Shown: positions 10,101-19,522 of the stretch, piece after piece
Layout of the letters: the number at the start of each line of letters is the position of its first letter
Numbering within the stretch: the first letter of the stretch is position 1
Source of the DNA: Bacillota bacterium
GTDB taxonomy: Bacteria; Bacillota; Limnochordia; Limnochordales; DUMU01
Direction of reading: 5' to 3'
Assembly (NCBI GenBank): GCA_012839805.1
Contig: DUMU01000033.1
Location: 71,567-135,566 of the forward strand
DNA length: 64,000 nucleotides
The notes under the pieces: model-generated
Told to the model about the DNA's origin: nothing
The model's input: the letters and a program-made list of their open reading frames with translations, nothing else
Database searches by the model: none
Made by a program: the position numbers and the translations under genes

Positions 10101-10345
10101 AGGGCTCGGTCCAGCAAGGTCGCATCGAGGCCGCCAATGCCGGCCTCGACCAGCGCGATAACAAAGCGGGCCTCACCCTGCCAGCGCTCGGCCCAGGTCC
10201 GCTCTTCCGAACCTCCTGGCGTGGCCAGCTGCCACAGCTCCTGCAGCGCCTGCTCCCAACGGCCGGGGAGTGCCGCCTCCGAACCATCCGCGCCCGACGC
10301 GGCGGGCAACCTGCGAACAAGCGATGAGAGTTCCGGATTCACCAA
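7175..10345 (-). CDS. GH38 alpha-mannosidase (cytoplasmic type)
   Basis: Carries the GH38 motifs HAHIDMNWLWDWPET and GVGDHGGGP. The ORF opens at 10411. AAAGGAG (10362-10356) followed by TTG 10345 or GTG 10342 is the likely start. Confidence 0.85.
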   Translation of the reverse strand: MVNPELSSLVRRLPAASGADGSEAALPGRWEQALQELWQLATPGGSEERTWAERWQGEARFVIALVEAGIGGLDATLLDRALEQLRHGLEAGERWSAVVPAVESMLVPAVGPVARSFVIHCAGHAHIDMNWLWDWPETVRVSRDTFRTMDRLMAEYPDFRFSQSQASVYVAMQEYYPEIFSRIRERQRQGQWEVTASTWVENDENMASGASAVRQLLYAKRYFARELGLRPAEVPLVWQPDAFGHPFTLPGILRRAGIRYYYYCRGGHLGPRLRLFWWEGPDGSRLMAFHDSELWYNGPVRPVEAALAAVQLARETGVTDYLFVYGVGDHGGGPTRRDLETIRRVQEWPLFPRVQFSTVKAFFERVDAQLAGRQEAPAAGIPGLPAPRLPVYRGELNAVFAGCYTSQSRIKQLNRDGETLLTRAEAWQAVAGEAESVPGLLEQAWRKHLFNQFHDILPGSGVPATYQYALGLGQQVQAAAEAVENRALQYLFRHKLAYYSASQAETVARLKPRVSVAPDWVRPVAVANPLPWRRSDTVTLSIWDPPAGAEYAVLIDPEGHPVLTQRLHRREEWGHEVLRVAFPALEMPPLGLRAYAALLLTPAEWEQLIEQQGWRRRGAWHDYDPAIDPGDPPGGPGVQAWIDGNGVAHLENSWVAAEIEPGSGAIIHLIDKRTGQDLVPAGHRLGLLEVNLEAPHGMSAWKIGPFTARQPLTSGAGLRVEKNGPVEATVAAQHTFGNSRFELRIRLTAAARRLEYHLTADWRESGDQGRPAPTLQVAFPVSVSDSGRPEALYEIPFGAIRRPADGMEVPGQRFAGLGQLLLLNRGRYGFSARLEERGGDAGRVPAQIATLRMTLLRASHDPDPLPDQGRHEIEWAIVPITPEERDRTWAAKAAREATEYQYSLQGQALTAGELAIPASLDLDTGTRVGGADSTGANRAKEGEVSWIELHPADSVAWSVLKPREGVPDPDADAPGREATGPKRDWIIRLYEVEGKASKIRVRFGTALLAERGRPAVVQEVDLLEQSTGNEVLPAGEDGFDVEFRPFEIKTILLRWT

Positions 10346-10519
10346 TCTCCCGCCACTCCTTTGCCGGCATGCTTTTGGTCTTTTATCCCGTTCCGGCTTG
10401 TCACAACCCACTCATGTCCGCGTCGCCGTTGGAACTATCTCTGGGGCCCAAGTCCGCACTTACGCGGTCAACCTGACCGTACATGGCGCGCTGGATTCGA
10501 CGCCGCTGGCGATAATCCT

Positions 10520-13195
10520 TCACCGCTCGTCGCTCTCTTCGCCGGGAACAGGCGGATGAGCCGGTCCGGGGGAGGGCTCGACCAGGCAGTACGCCTGGTA
10601 AAGGAAGGAGGTCCAGATTCCCACCGGTTCGATCTCAATCTCGACGCGGGAGCGGCCTTGGGTCAAGGAGGCCGGAAGCAGGAAGTCCGAGTCGGCAAAT
10701 CGATGGTCCGTATTCTTCTCCAGATTGGCCCATACTCCGGCCGGCCGACCGTCGATCTTGACGGTGGCGATTTGCGCGCCCGCGCCTTGGTCGAGCCGCC
10801 GCCGCAGCACCACTCCCCGGTTGGCCGGGTCAAGGCTCAGAACGAATTTGGACCGGCCGCTCTGGTAAAGCCCGGCGTCCTGGAAATTGTAACGATCAAG
10901 GGGACCCTCATAGGAGGAAACGAGTAGTTTTCGCTCGGCCGTACCCGTTGCCTGCCAGCCATGGATCGACTGATCGGTGGTATCGGCCGGCCGGAATTCG
11001 TCCGTGAGAACCAGGGCGCTGGCCGCCACGCCATACCAGAAGGCGACACTCTCGTAGTCGCACGTCGTTTCGTTTTGCCCTCCGTGTTCAATCGAATACG
11101 CGATACCGTTACGGAAAGTTACTGGATCCGTCACGAACCAGCGGTAGACACCGGTCACATCCTGTCCGCCGCTCACCGTATGCCCGGGTGCGCCGTGGAA
11201 GGGCAAGCTGAAGGGCCCTCGGTTGAAGTACCAGCCGCCGCCGAAATGGTCTTCCGTACCGGTCCCGTAGATGATAGGCGTGCTGCTACCGTCGACGCGG
11301 ATCCGCTCGTCACCTTCCAGATACCACCGGCTGGTCGGCCCGGCCAGGCGCATGCTGACGCCGACCAGCTTCCCGAGACCGTCCACCTCCAGGATGGTGT
11401 AATCCTGGCCGCTCGCGGTCGGGTTTTCCCGGCGATAGGTGGCGTGGAAGTACCCCACGCGGGCCTGGGCTATCTCGCCGGGAAGCCCGGGGGCTGCTTC
11501 GCTGGTTACTGCGAACAGGACCCTTGCCGGCCGGCTGCCTTCATTCTTCAGGCGCAGCTCGGCCCGGCGGGCAAAGGGCATGGGCCACCGGGAAGTCAGC
11601 TGGGCCCCGGCGCCGGTGGCCGCGGCTTGGATCAGGGCGGAGTCTACCGGGTGAGGGCCGACGGGAGTAGCAAAGAACAAAGAGAGCGGTGCTTGCACGG
11701 CTACCGGCTGATCATCCCAGCTGGCCTCCAGCCACACCCGGCTGAGGATCTCCAAGGAGGCGGTGCGGCGGGCTTCTTCCTCCTTGTCCACTACCGGCGG
11801 GTATTGGAAGTCCCGGTCGCCCTGCCACTTCTGGCCGGCGATCTGATACCGATGGGCAGCTTCTGAGGACGCGTTTCCAACGTCCAGGGAGTCGGTCAGG
11901 ATGAGGGTGGCACCCTGTTCATCCTGAATCACGGGCTGCCCGGCCTCCGTAGCGGGGGCGGCGGTGGCCCAGACGGCATTGGAGGAAGCCTCGCGGACCG
12001 GGCGGGTGTAGACCCAGTAATAGAACTCGTTCCAGTCAATTCTCGAGGAGACGAATTGGATCCGGATGCGAAGCGAACTCTTGCCCCGGGTGTATTCAGC
12101 CGGGATGTCAAAGGCAGCCTCCCTCCAGTTATAGGCGGTGTCGGAGCCCGGCGTGGACCACCATCCTGCCTGCTCGCCGTCTACGTACACCAGCGCGGTC
12201 TGGTCGCCGATGCCGTAATCCAGACGGCGGATCAAGCGGACGCCCTGGTTCTCCGGCTCAATTTCCACCGTAAACTCGCTATACCCCGTGAACGCCCGGC
12301 CGTCGTCATGGACCCGGCGACCGGTATCGGGGGGGACGATGGAGACATCGGGCAAGATCAGGACCAGGCGGGTGAGGACGGCGGGCCCGGTCAATGCCGG
12401 CAAAGAGGCCGCTTGTCCGGGAGGGATCACCAGTTCACCCGTGGTGGTCTCCGCTTTGACGCCGCTGCCGGCGGACGGCGAGGTAGCCGTCTCGGTTGCG
12501 GCCCGGGGGGCTAGCTTATCGGCGGCCGCCGGAGCCGCCGTACTGTCCGGCATGACGATCTCGTATCCAACGTGGTAGTACGATGGTTCACCTGTAGTCG
12601 TCAGCTTGAACGAGCGCTGGAACGGAATACGCACATAGGATACGAACCCGCCGCTTGACAGAGTGTCGTCGAACACCCACGGGCGGAGGAAAGGCGGGTG
12701 GGTGCCGGCGAAAAGTTCCCGGACCGGCAGGTCGTAGGTGGGAGTCGAGTCATTGTCGATGTAGATGCGTATATTGCCCACCCGGTCGATACCGGTGAAC
12801 CAGAGGCGGGTGAGCGCTCCCTCACCCTTTACCTCGGCGAGTACCCGGTGGCCGTAGCGATCCCGGTAGAGATAGCCGGGACGACCCGCCTGCTCCTCGC
12901 TCCAATCGCGGTTGCCACCCGAGCGATCGTGGCTGCTGAATTGCCCGGCGAGCCGGCCGGGTTGCAGCCGGGGGAGCTGGCTGATGAGCGGCCCATAAAT
13001 CTCTGCCTCCACGGAGCCGGCAGCATCGTTCGCAGCCCGGACCGGTATCATACCGGCCACTCCTGGTAGCGCCAGCAAGCCGAGTAGCGTAGCCGCGACG
13101 GCAAAGAGTCTTGCCCTAAAGGCTGTGAGCCCCGGTTTTGTACCGGTTGGACCAGGCAAAGTCCGGCGGTTATTTTGAACCATATTTTGAAGCAT
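10520..13195 (-). CDS. enlarged GH172 (DUF2961) glycosidase with an N-terminal signal anchor
   Basis: Carries the DUF2961 signatures SSHDRSGGNRDW, GALTRLWFTG, IIYGTGTEDHFGGGWYF and AYSIEHGG. The hydrophobic anchor is LFAVAATLLGLLALPGVAG. The ORF opens at 13348, and ATG 13195 or 13183 is preferred. Confidence 0.7.
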   Translation of the reverse strand: MLQNMVQNNRRTLPGPTGTKPGLTAFRARLFAVAATLLGLLALPGVAGMIPVRAANDAAGSVEAEIYGPLISQLPRLQPGRLAGQFSSHDRSGGNRDWSEEQAGRPGYLYRDRYGHRVLAEVKGEGALTRLWFTGIDRVGNIRIYIDNDSTPTYDLPVRELFAGTHPPFLRPWVFDDTLSSGGFVSYVRIPFQRSFKLTTTGEPSYYHVGYEIVMPDSTAAPAAADKLAPRAATETATSPSAGSGVKAETTTGELVIPPGQAASLPALTGPAVLTRLVLILPDVSIVPPDTGRRVHDDGRAFTGYSEFTVEIEPENQGVRLIRRLDYGIGDQTALVYVDGEQAGWWSTPGSDTAYNWREAAFDIPAEYTRGKSSLRIRIQFVSSRIDWNEFYYWVYTRPVREASSNAVWATAAPATEAGQPVIQDEQGATLILTDSLDVGNASSEAAHRYQIAGQKWQGDRDFQYPPVVDKEEEARRTASLEILSRVWLEASWDDQPVAVQAPLSLFFATPVGPHPVDSALIQAAATGAGAQLTSRWPMPFARRAELRLKNEGSRPARVLFAVTSEAAPGLPGEIAQARVGYFHATYRRENPTASGQDYTILEVDGLGKLVGVSMRLAGPTSRWYLEGDERIRVDGSSTPIIYGTGTEDHFGGGWYFNRGPFSLPFHGAPGHTVSGGQDVTGVYRWFVTDPVTFRNGIAYSIEHGGQNETTCDYESVAFWYGVAASALVLTDEFRPADTTDQSIHGWQATGTAERKLLVSSYEGPLDRYNFQDAGLYQSGRSKFVLSLDPANRGVVLRRRLDQGAGAQIATVKIDGRPAGVWANLEKNTDHRFADSDFLLPASLTQGRSRVEIEIEPVGIWTSFLYQAYCLVEPSPGPAHPPVPGEESDER

Positions 13196-13338
13196 CTCCC
13201 CATCCCCTGCGAATACGCTCTCTCCCCTACGGACAACCGTTGACGGTCGCAGGGGCAAGGATTCTCGCAACAATCGATTGTACCTGCTGGACGATATGCT
13301 TCGCCGGCGCTGCCGGCAAGCCCGTACTCGGCTTGCTG

Positions 13339-13662
13339 TCAGTGGCACTCGGCATGCCGGAAGTGAGCCTCGACCGCCCGAATTTTCCCCTCCATGTCGT
13401 GCCCTCCATCCCGGCGGTCGTCGATCTTAATCACAACCGAAAGACGCCTGGCTCCTGCCGCCACCACCGCCTCCTCCATCTCTTGGATGACGGCAAAGAT
13501 CTGGCCGAGCTCACCTTCCAGGTTCGTAAACATGGGATCGAGCCGGTGTTTGATTTCGGGGTGACGGGCCAGTACTGCCTGCGCGGCCGCCACGTACCGG
13601 CTGACACTGGTCTCCCCCGTGCCGATGGGCACGATACTAACCGCAGCAATCACTCTAGCCAT
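13339..13662 (-). CDS. MTH1187/YkoF-family (DUF77) small ligand-binding protein
   Basis: 107 aa. The N-terminus VIAAVSIVPIGTGETSVSRYVA and the later KIDDRRD segment are typical of the family. Confidence 0.6.
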   Translation of the reverse strand: MARVIAAVSIVPIGTGETSVSRYVAAAQAVLARHPEIKHRLDPMFTNLEGELGQIFAVIQEMEEAVVAAGARRLSVVIKIDDRRDGGHDMEGKIRAVEAHFRHAECH

Positions 13663-13723
13663 GCCATACCCTCCTGTTCTGTGTCTATGCGCCCGGGGAC
13701 CCGCCTCCTGCGCGCGGTGTCCG

Positions 13724-15958
13724 CTATTCTGCCTTCAAATGGACCATCACGCTGTCGAAGTCACCCTGCAGGTTGAGGGATAGCCCCCATGCCATCAACG
13801 CCCGCCCGCTAAGTCGACGAGGTCCATGCAGGCGTCCCTCTTCGACCGCAAGGGAGTAAACCCGCTCGGGTGACAGCCCCCGAAGACGGATGGGGGGCAC
13901 CGGCCAGAGGCGCTTGCGCGAGTGCAGAAAGACGAAAAGTACCGCTTCGCTGGCATCTTCGTTCACGTACTCCAGGGCCGCGAGCTCTCCGGCTCGGGGC
14001 GAGATGAGGCGGTAGAGGTTGCCCTCCTGTACCAGATGGCGGATGGCTTTGTACTGGGCGACCAAAGCCCTGGCTTCTTCCATTTCCGCCGGCGACCAGT
14101 GGTTCAGGTTGGCACCGATTCCCAGCGTGCCAGTCATCGCCACATGGAAGCGGTAGCGTAGCGAGCTGGCGCGCTGGTTGCCCCAGTGGGGCGAGTCCGT
14201 CAACCAGCAGACCATTGTCTTGGGCGAGTAAGCATAGGAGTATCCTTCCTGAATGAAGAGGCGGTCGAACGGATCGGTGTTGTCGCTGGTCCATACCTGA
14301 TCGGCCCGGCGCAGGATACCAAGATCTACGCGCCCGCCCCCGCCGGAACAGGACTCCCAAAGAACCTTGGGGTGGCGGGCTCGCAGCTCGTCCCAGACCT
14401 GGTAGAGCCCTTCCACGTAACGGATCCAAATCTCCCGCTGGTGCTCGCGCGGTTCATCCGGCCAGCCCGGCTCGCTGAAGTGGCGATTCATGTCCCATTT
14501 GATGAAGTCAATGGAGTTTTCTGAGAGCAGCCGATCCAGAAAATCGAGGATGAACTGCCGTACCTCCGACCGGGCCAGGTTGAGGACCAGCTGGTGGCGG
14601 GATTCGGTGCGAGGCCGTCCGGGAACGTGGAGCACCCAGTCCGGGTGCCGCCGGTAAAGGTCGCTGTCGGGATTAACCATCTCTGGCTCGACCCAGAGGC
14701 CGAACAGCATACCAAGCCGGTGGACGTGATCGATGAGCGGCCCCAGCCCGCGAGGGAACTTCTCAGGGTTCACGTACCAATCACCGAGCCCCGCCCGATC
14801 GTTCTGGCGCCGTCCGAACCAGCCGTCGTCCACCACGAAGAGCTCCACGCCGAGCCGGGCGGCTTTCTCGGCCAGCTCCATCTGCTGTTGTTCGTTCACG
14901 GCAAAGTAGGTGGCCTCCCATGAGTTGTAAAGCACCGGTCGCACCTGGCGGGCGCCGGCCGGAGGCAGCACGTGCTGGAGCTGGTAGCGGTGGAGCGTAC
15001 GGCTCATCGACCCGAACCCGCCCTCCGTATAACCGGCAACGCAGGCCGGGGTAGTGAACTTCTCGCCGGGTCCGAGGCTGATGACAGTGTCGAAGTCGTT
15101 GATCCCTGCCAGAACCTGCGTCTGCGCGTAAGGAGTAGCTTCTACCACAATCTTCCAGCTGCCGCTCCACGCCAGCGCTCCGAACCATACGGGCCCGTCC
15201 TCCTCGCCCGTGGGACGACCTAGCTCGGGCCAGGGGGGAACTGCGGTTCCTGCCGCGGCCAGATCAACGCCGACGGCCGTTCCGGCAGGAGTCAGGGCGA
15301 ACCAGGGGTTGGCCTGATGGCTGGTGGCTCCCCGGCGGCTTTCCAGCACCTTCTTACCTTCGCTGAGCAGGTCGTGGCGCAACTGCGTCTCCCCTCCCCA
15401 CCGGCCCGCCAGGTGGGTGAGGCAGTAGGGCGTCCCGGCGGGAAGATTCCAGCAGGCGGAGAACACCTGTTCCAGCCGGATGGCACCGGGTTCCGGGGCC
15501 ATCCCGCCGGGGTCGGCGGCGGCCGCGTTGCTGACTATCGCCCAGCGCTCTATCAGGTCAAGCGCTTCATAGAGGCGATAGTGCAGCTCGACCCGGAGAG
15601 GATAGGCGGTATCGACCAACCTGATGACGAGATGAGGTTGACCGGCCTCGTCGTGCGGCAGTATGGCGGCGTCCTCGAAAACCAGGCGAGTGTCACGGCA
15701 CCCGTCCGGGAACTCCACCTTAAGGCAGGGCTCGCTGAAGCGCAAGCCGCCCCAGGCCGGATACTCCAGCGGCACCAATCCCTGCGGGTTCTCGAAGGCA
15801 AAGGAGGGGTTGCGGTCGGCTTCCGGGTAATCCGTATCCAGCGGCAGTTTGGGACCCCAATACAAGTGCTCTACGAGCTTATCGTCGCGCACGGCCAGCA
15901 CGTAGGCCGTTTGATTACCCTCAAGGAAGTAACGCTTTCCGTCGCTCCGAATGGGCAT
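13724..15958 (-). CDS. GH36 alpha-galactosidase
   Basis: Carries the motifs FVVDDGWFGRR, IDFIKWDMNR and CSGGGGR. GGGAGG lies 12 nt upstream of ATG 15958, and the ORF opens at 15985. Confidence 0.85.
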   Translation of the reverse strand: MPIRSDGKRYFLEGNQTAYVLAVRDDKLVEHLYWGPKLPLDTDYPEADRNPSFAFENPQGLVPLEYPAWGGLRFSEPCLKVEFPDGCRDTRLVFEDAAILPHDEAGQPHLVIRLVDTAYPLRVELHYRLYEALDLIERWAIVSNAAAADPGGMAPEPGAIRLEQVFSACWNLPAGTPYCLTHLAGRWGGETQLRHDLLSEGKKVLESRRGATSHQANPWFALTPAGTAVGVDLAAAGTAVPPWPELGRPTGEEDGPVWFGALAWSGSWKIVVEATPYAQTQVLAGINDFDTVISLGPGEKFTTPACVAGYTEGGFGSMSRTLHRYQLQHVLPPAGARQVRPVLYNSWEATYFAVNEQQQMELAEKAARLGVELFVVDDGWFGRRQNDRAGLGDWYVNPEKFPRGLGPLIDHVHRLGMLFGLWVEPEMVNPDSDLYRRHPDWVLHVPGRPRTESRHQLVLNLARSEVRQFILDFLDRLLSENSIDFIKWDMNRHFSEPGWPDEPREHQREIWIRYVEGLYQVWDELRARHPKVLWESCSGGGGRVDLGILRRADQVWTSDNTDPFDRLFIQEGYSYAYSPKTMVCWLTDSPHWGNQRASSLRYRFHVAMTGTLGIGANLNHWSPAEMEEARALVAQYKAIRHLVQEGNLYRLISPRAGELAALEYVNEDASEAVLFVFLHSRKRLWPVPPIRLRGLSPERVYSLAVEEGRLHGPRRLSGRALMAWGLSLNLQGDFDSVMVHLKAE

Positions 15959-16058
15959 GGGTAACTCCATCCTCCCGAGTTGCAAAGATTCAGTAAATCG
16001 GTACCGGCCGGTCCCGGCGAAGAGGCGATCAGAGCGTGGACGGGCCGTGACCTCGGGT

Positions 16059-17480
16059 TCACGGCCCGTTGCCGATCTCGTGAGACCCGCGATCCTCCGG
16101 CTCCAATCCCGGCTCGGCCGAGGCGACCTCCCGCTGCCCCTCGCGCTCGCGTTCGGACCGCGCCTGCGGCCTGTACTCTGGGGCTCCGGGCTCTGGCATC
16201 GTTAGGAGAAGCCTGCGCACTTGGCGTTCACGTACTTCCAGGACGCGCAGCTTCACGCCGCTTACTGCGACCTCGTCGCCGGGACGAGGAAGACGGCCGA
16301 GCAGATGAAAGACGAGGCCGCCCACGGTGACGATCTCTTCTTCGGGAAGGTCCAGGTCCAGCTCTCGGTTGAGGTGGCGCAGGCTCATCTCGCCTGAGAG
16401 CTGCCAGTGGCGCTCATCGATCTGCCGCAACTCGGGTTCGGAAGGTTCCCTTTGCGGCCCGGGGATGTCGCCCAGCACCTCGCCCACCAGATCGTGGAAG
16501 GTGACCATTCCGCTCATCGTTCCGAACTCGTCGACGGCTATAGCCACAGTGCAACCGCTCTTCTTCATCTCGCTCAGGAGCCGCCGGGCTTTCATGGTTT
16601 CGGGTACGGTCAACACCGGGCGGACCATCTGGCCCACTGATTGCTGGACCTGGCCGGCCAGTAGAGCTTTGAGGACGTCCTGACCAAAGATAACACCGAT
16701 GATGTTGTCCGGTTCGCCCTCGTATACGGGCAGCTTGCTGAACCCGTGCCGGGCTAGCAGCCCGGCCGCCTCGTGCACCGTCGCCTGCCGGGGGATGGAT
16801 ACGATACGGGGCCTTGGCACGATGATCTCCCGAACCTCGGTCTCTTCGAGGTCGACTACGCCCGAGAGCATGTCTTCCTGTTCTTCATCTATAGTGCCGC
16901 TCTCACCCCCCAAGGCGACCATCATGCGAATCTCCTCCAGGCTGAAACCGTGTTCGGGGGCTTGGCCCGCACGGTCGGAACGGGCCACGATCCTCAGAAC
17001 CAGGCTGCTCAAGGCCGAAAACACGGCTACCAGGGGGCTGAGGAGCCACATGATCGCCCTGATGGCAGGAGCGACGGAGGAGGCCACCAACTCGCTATAG
17101 TGCGCAGCGAGACTCTTGGGCAGGATTTCGCCCAGGGTAAGGATGACAAGGGTCATTACGCCGGTGGCTATGCCGGTCCCGGCCGAGCCGAAGCGACGCA
17201 ACGCCAGGTCGGTGGCAAGGGCCGAGGCAGCGATGTTGACGAGGTTATTACCGATGAGAATGGCACTGAGGAGGCGATTGGGGCGAAAGAGGAGTTGCCG
17301 GATGAGCACGGCCCGCCTTTCACCTTGTTCGGCCCGGTGCCGGACTCGGATTCGGTTGAGACTCATCAAGGCGGTTTCGGAAGCAGAGAAGAAGGCGGAG
17401 AAACAGATCAGGATGACCAGAATAAGGAGGCTACTTAACGGGACATCGTCAGACACGGGCGAATTCCCCCCATTACCCAT
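16059..17480 (-). CDS. CNNM/CorC-HlyC family transporter (DUF21, CBS pair, CorC_HlyC)
   Basis: Four N-terminal TM helices, a CBS pair (VPRPRIVSIP...) and a C-terminal CorC_HlyC-like domain (VTVGGLVFHLLGRLPRPGDEV). Confidence 0.8.
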   Translation of the reverse strand: MGNGGNSPVSDDVPLSSLLILVILICFSAFFSASETALMSLNRIRVRHRAEQGERRAVLIRQLLFRPNRLLSAILIGNNLVNIAASALATDLALRRFGSAGTGIATGVMTLVILTLGEILPKSLAAHYSELVASSVAPAIRAIMWLLSPLVAVFSALSSLVLRIVARSDRAGQAPEHGFSLEEIRMMVALGGESGTIDEEQEDMLSGVVDLEETEVREIIVPRPRIVSIPRQATVHEAAGLLARHGFSKLPVYEGEPDNIIGVIFGQDVLKALLAGQVQQSVGQMVRPVLTVPETMKARRLLSEMKKSGCTVAIAVDEFGTMSGMVTFHDLVGEVLGDIPGPQREPSEPELRQIDERHWQLSGEMSLRHLNRELDLDLPEEEIVTVGGLVFHLLGRLPRPGDEVAVSGVKLRVLEVRERQVRRLLLTMPEPGAPEYRPQARSEREREGQREVASAEPGLEPEDRGSHEIGNGP

Positions 17481-17782
17481 TTCGTCCCGGAGGTCAGAAC
17501 TCCTGCGTCAACGCGCCTACCCCGGCCGGCCGCATGACGTGCGGGCGGAGAGCCCCGGCGTCAAGCGGTTGCGGCCACATTGCGTTGTACCTGTACCATA
17601 CCCGGGCGCCAACGTGGCGACAAGGGCGGCGGATGGCCAACACGCCAGTTCCGCACCAGGGAGCGCCCCGGTTGACCTCACTGTGCGTGGTACGTGGTAG
17701 AGGGAAGTAAGGAAGGAAGTCGAACGAACAATAGTCAGGGGCAGACCAAGTCAATACAGACGACAAGGCAATTCTGTGAGGA

Positions 17783-19387
17783 GTGATGGCGTTGTCGGAG
17801 CAATCAACCGCGGACGTACGTTCGGAACTGGGGAAGCCTTTCGAGCGTCTCCTCGAGATATTGGGCGAGGTGGACGATCTCGGCAAAGCCGGAGCCGTTT
17901 TGCAGTGGGATCACCAGACCTACATGCCCAAAGGGGGAGCGGCAGGACGAGCTCAGATACTGGGGACGCTGGCGCGCCTTTCCCACCAGCGCTTTACCAG
18001 TGATGAGGTGGGTGAACTTTTGGCCCAGCTTGCTCCCGCCCTATCGAAACTAGACCCCAGTGGTTTCGAGGCCTCCCTTATCCGGGTCACTCAACGGGAG
18101 TATGGGCGTTTCAAGAAGCTCCCCACTCGCCTCGTGGAGGAGCAAGCCCGGGTGTCCTCCGAGGCCCAGGCGGTGTGGGTCGAAGCCCGCCAGAACCAAG
18201 ACTTCCCCCGTTTCCAGCCCTACCTCGAGAAGCTCTTCGCCCTCGCCCGGGAAGCTGCCGAGCACCTGGGCTACCAGGAAGATCCGTACGACGCTCTGCT
18301 CGATCTCTATGAACCGGGCTTGCGCACCTCGGAAGTGGCGTCCCTCTTTGCCACCCTCAAAGCCCGGCTCGTACCCCTCGTAAACGCCATAACCGAGGCG
18401 AAGCAGCACCGCTCCCCCGGAGGGCAGGCGGGCAAGGCCGGCGAAGCCGGTGAGGCAGGCGGTGATTCCCTGCTGCGCCAGCACTTCGACGAAGCGGGCC
18501 AGTGGGAGCTTGGCCTGCGAGCCTTGCGGGCCATGGGCTTCGACTTCGAACGGGGACGGCAGGATCGCTCCGCTCACCCGTTCACCATCACGCTGGCGCC
18601 GGGCGACATCCGTATCACCACCCGGATTGTTCCCGACGACTTCACTTCCGCTCTCTTCTCCACCATGCACGAAGGGGGGCACGCCCTCTACGAACAAGGA
18701 ATCCCCCCCGAACTGGCGCGCACCCCTTTGGGCTCAGCGGCGTCGCTTGGGGTTCACGAGTCGCAGTCACGGCTTTGGGAAAATGTGGTCGGTCGTTCCC
18801 GCCACTTTTGGCAGTACTTTCTGCCCCAAGCCCAGGAGATCTTTCCCGCGCAGCTGGGCGGCGTGACGGTGGATCGTATCTACCGGGCGGTCAACCGGGT
18901 GGAGCGCTCTTTCATCCGCACCGAAGCGGACGAAGTGACTTACAACCTGCATGTCATTCTCCGTTTCGAGCTGGAGCTGGCCGTCCTCCATGGTGAACTG
19001 CCCGTGTCCGATCTGCCCGCCGCCTGGGATGACAAGATGCAGCAGTACCTCGGGATACGCCCGCCCAACGTGTCACTGGGAGTGCTCCAGGACATCCACT
19101 GGTCGCAAGGATCAATCGGTTACTTCCCCACTTATACGCTGGGGAATGTGCTTTCGGTGCAATTCTGGCAGCAAGCGCTTTCGGAAGAGCCGGGGATAAC
19201 GGACGCCATCGCCCGCGGTGAACTGCACGTCCTTAAAGATTGGCTCAACCGGCGTGTGCACGTTCACGGCGCCAAATTCGAGCCCCGGGATCTAGTACAA
19301 CGGGTGACCGGCCGGCCCCTGGATCCGCAGCCGTACCTCAACTACATCGAGACGAAATACCGGGAACTTTACGGGTTAGGGTCATAG
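17783..19387 (+). CDS. M32 (Taq-type) metallocarboxypeptidase
   Basis: Carries the HEGGHALYEQG zinc motif plus HESQSRLWEN and IRTEADEVTYNLH. ATG 17786 is an equally possible start. Confidence 0.85.
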   Translation: MMALSEQSTADVRSELGKPFERLLEILGEVDDLGKAGAVLQWDHQTYMPKGGAAGRAQILGTLARLSHQRFTSDEVGELLAQLAPALSKLDPSGFEASLIRVTQREYGRFKKLPTRLVEEQARVSSEAQAVWVEARQNQDFPRFQPYLEKLFALAREAAEHLGYQEDPYDALLDLYEPGLRTSEVASLFATLKARLVPLVNAITEAKQHRSPGGQAGKAGEAGEAGGDSLLRQHFDEAGQWELGLRALRAMGFDFERGRQDRSAHPFTITLAPGDIRITTRIVPDDFTSALFSTMHEGGHALYEQGIPPELARTPLGSAASLGVHESQSRLWENVVGRSRHFWQYFLPQAQEIFPAQLGGVTVDRIYRAVNRVERSFIRTEADEVTYNLHVILRFELELAVLHGELPVSDLPAAWDDKMQQYLGIRPPNVSLGVLQDIHWSQGSIGYFPTYTLGNVLSVQFWQQALSEEPGITDAIARGELHVLKDWLNRRVHVHGAKFEPRDLVQRVTGRPLDPQPYLNYIETKYRELYGLGS

Positions 19388-19522
19388 ACGCGGCGTGGCT
19401 TTTCCCAGCACGCCCGGCGGGGTGGCGGGAACGGTGACGGTTACCCGGCCCCGCCGGGGCGTCGACTACGAGCTCGGGCTCGAGCTGGTCGGCATGGGCA
19501 ACCCCCGGGAAGCTGGCGGCGG

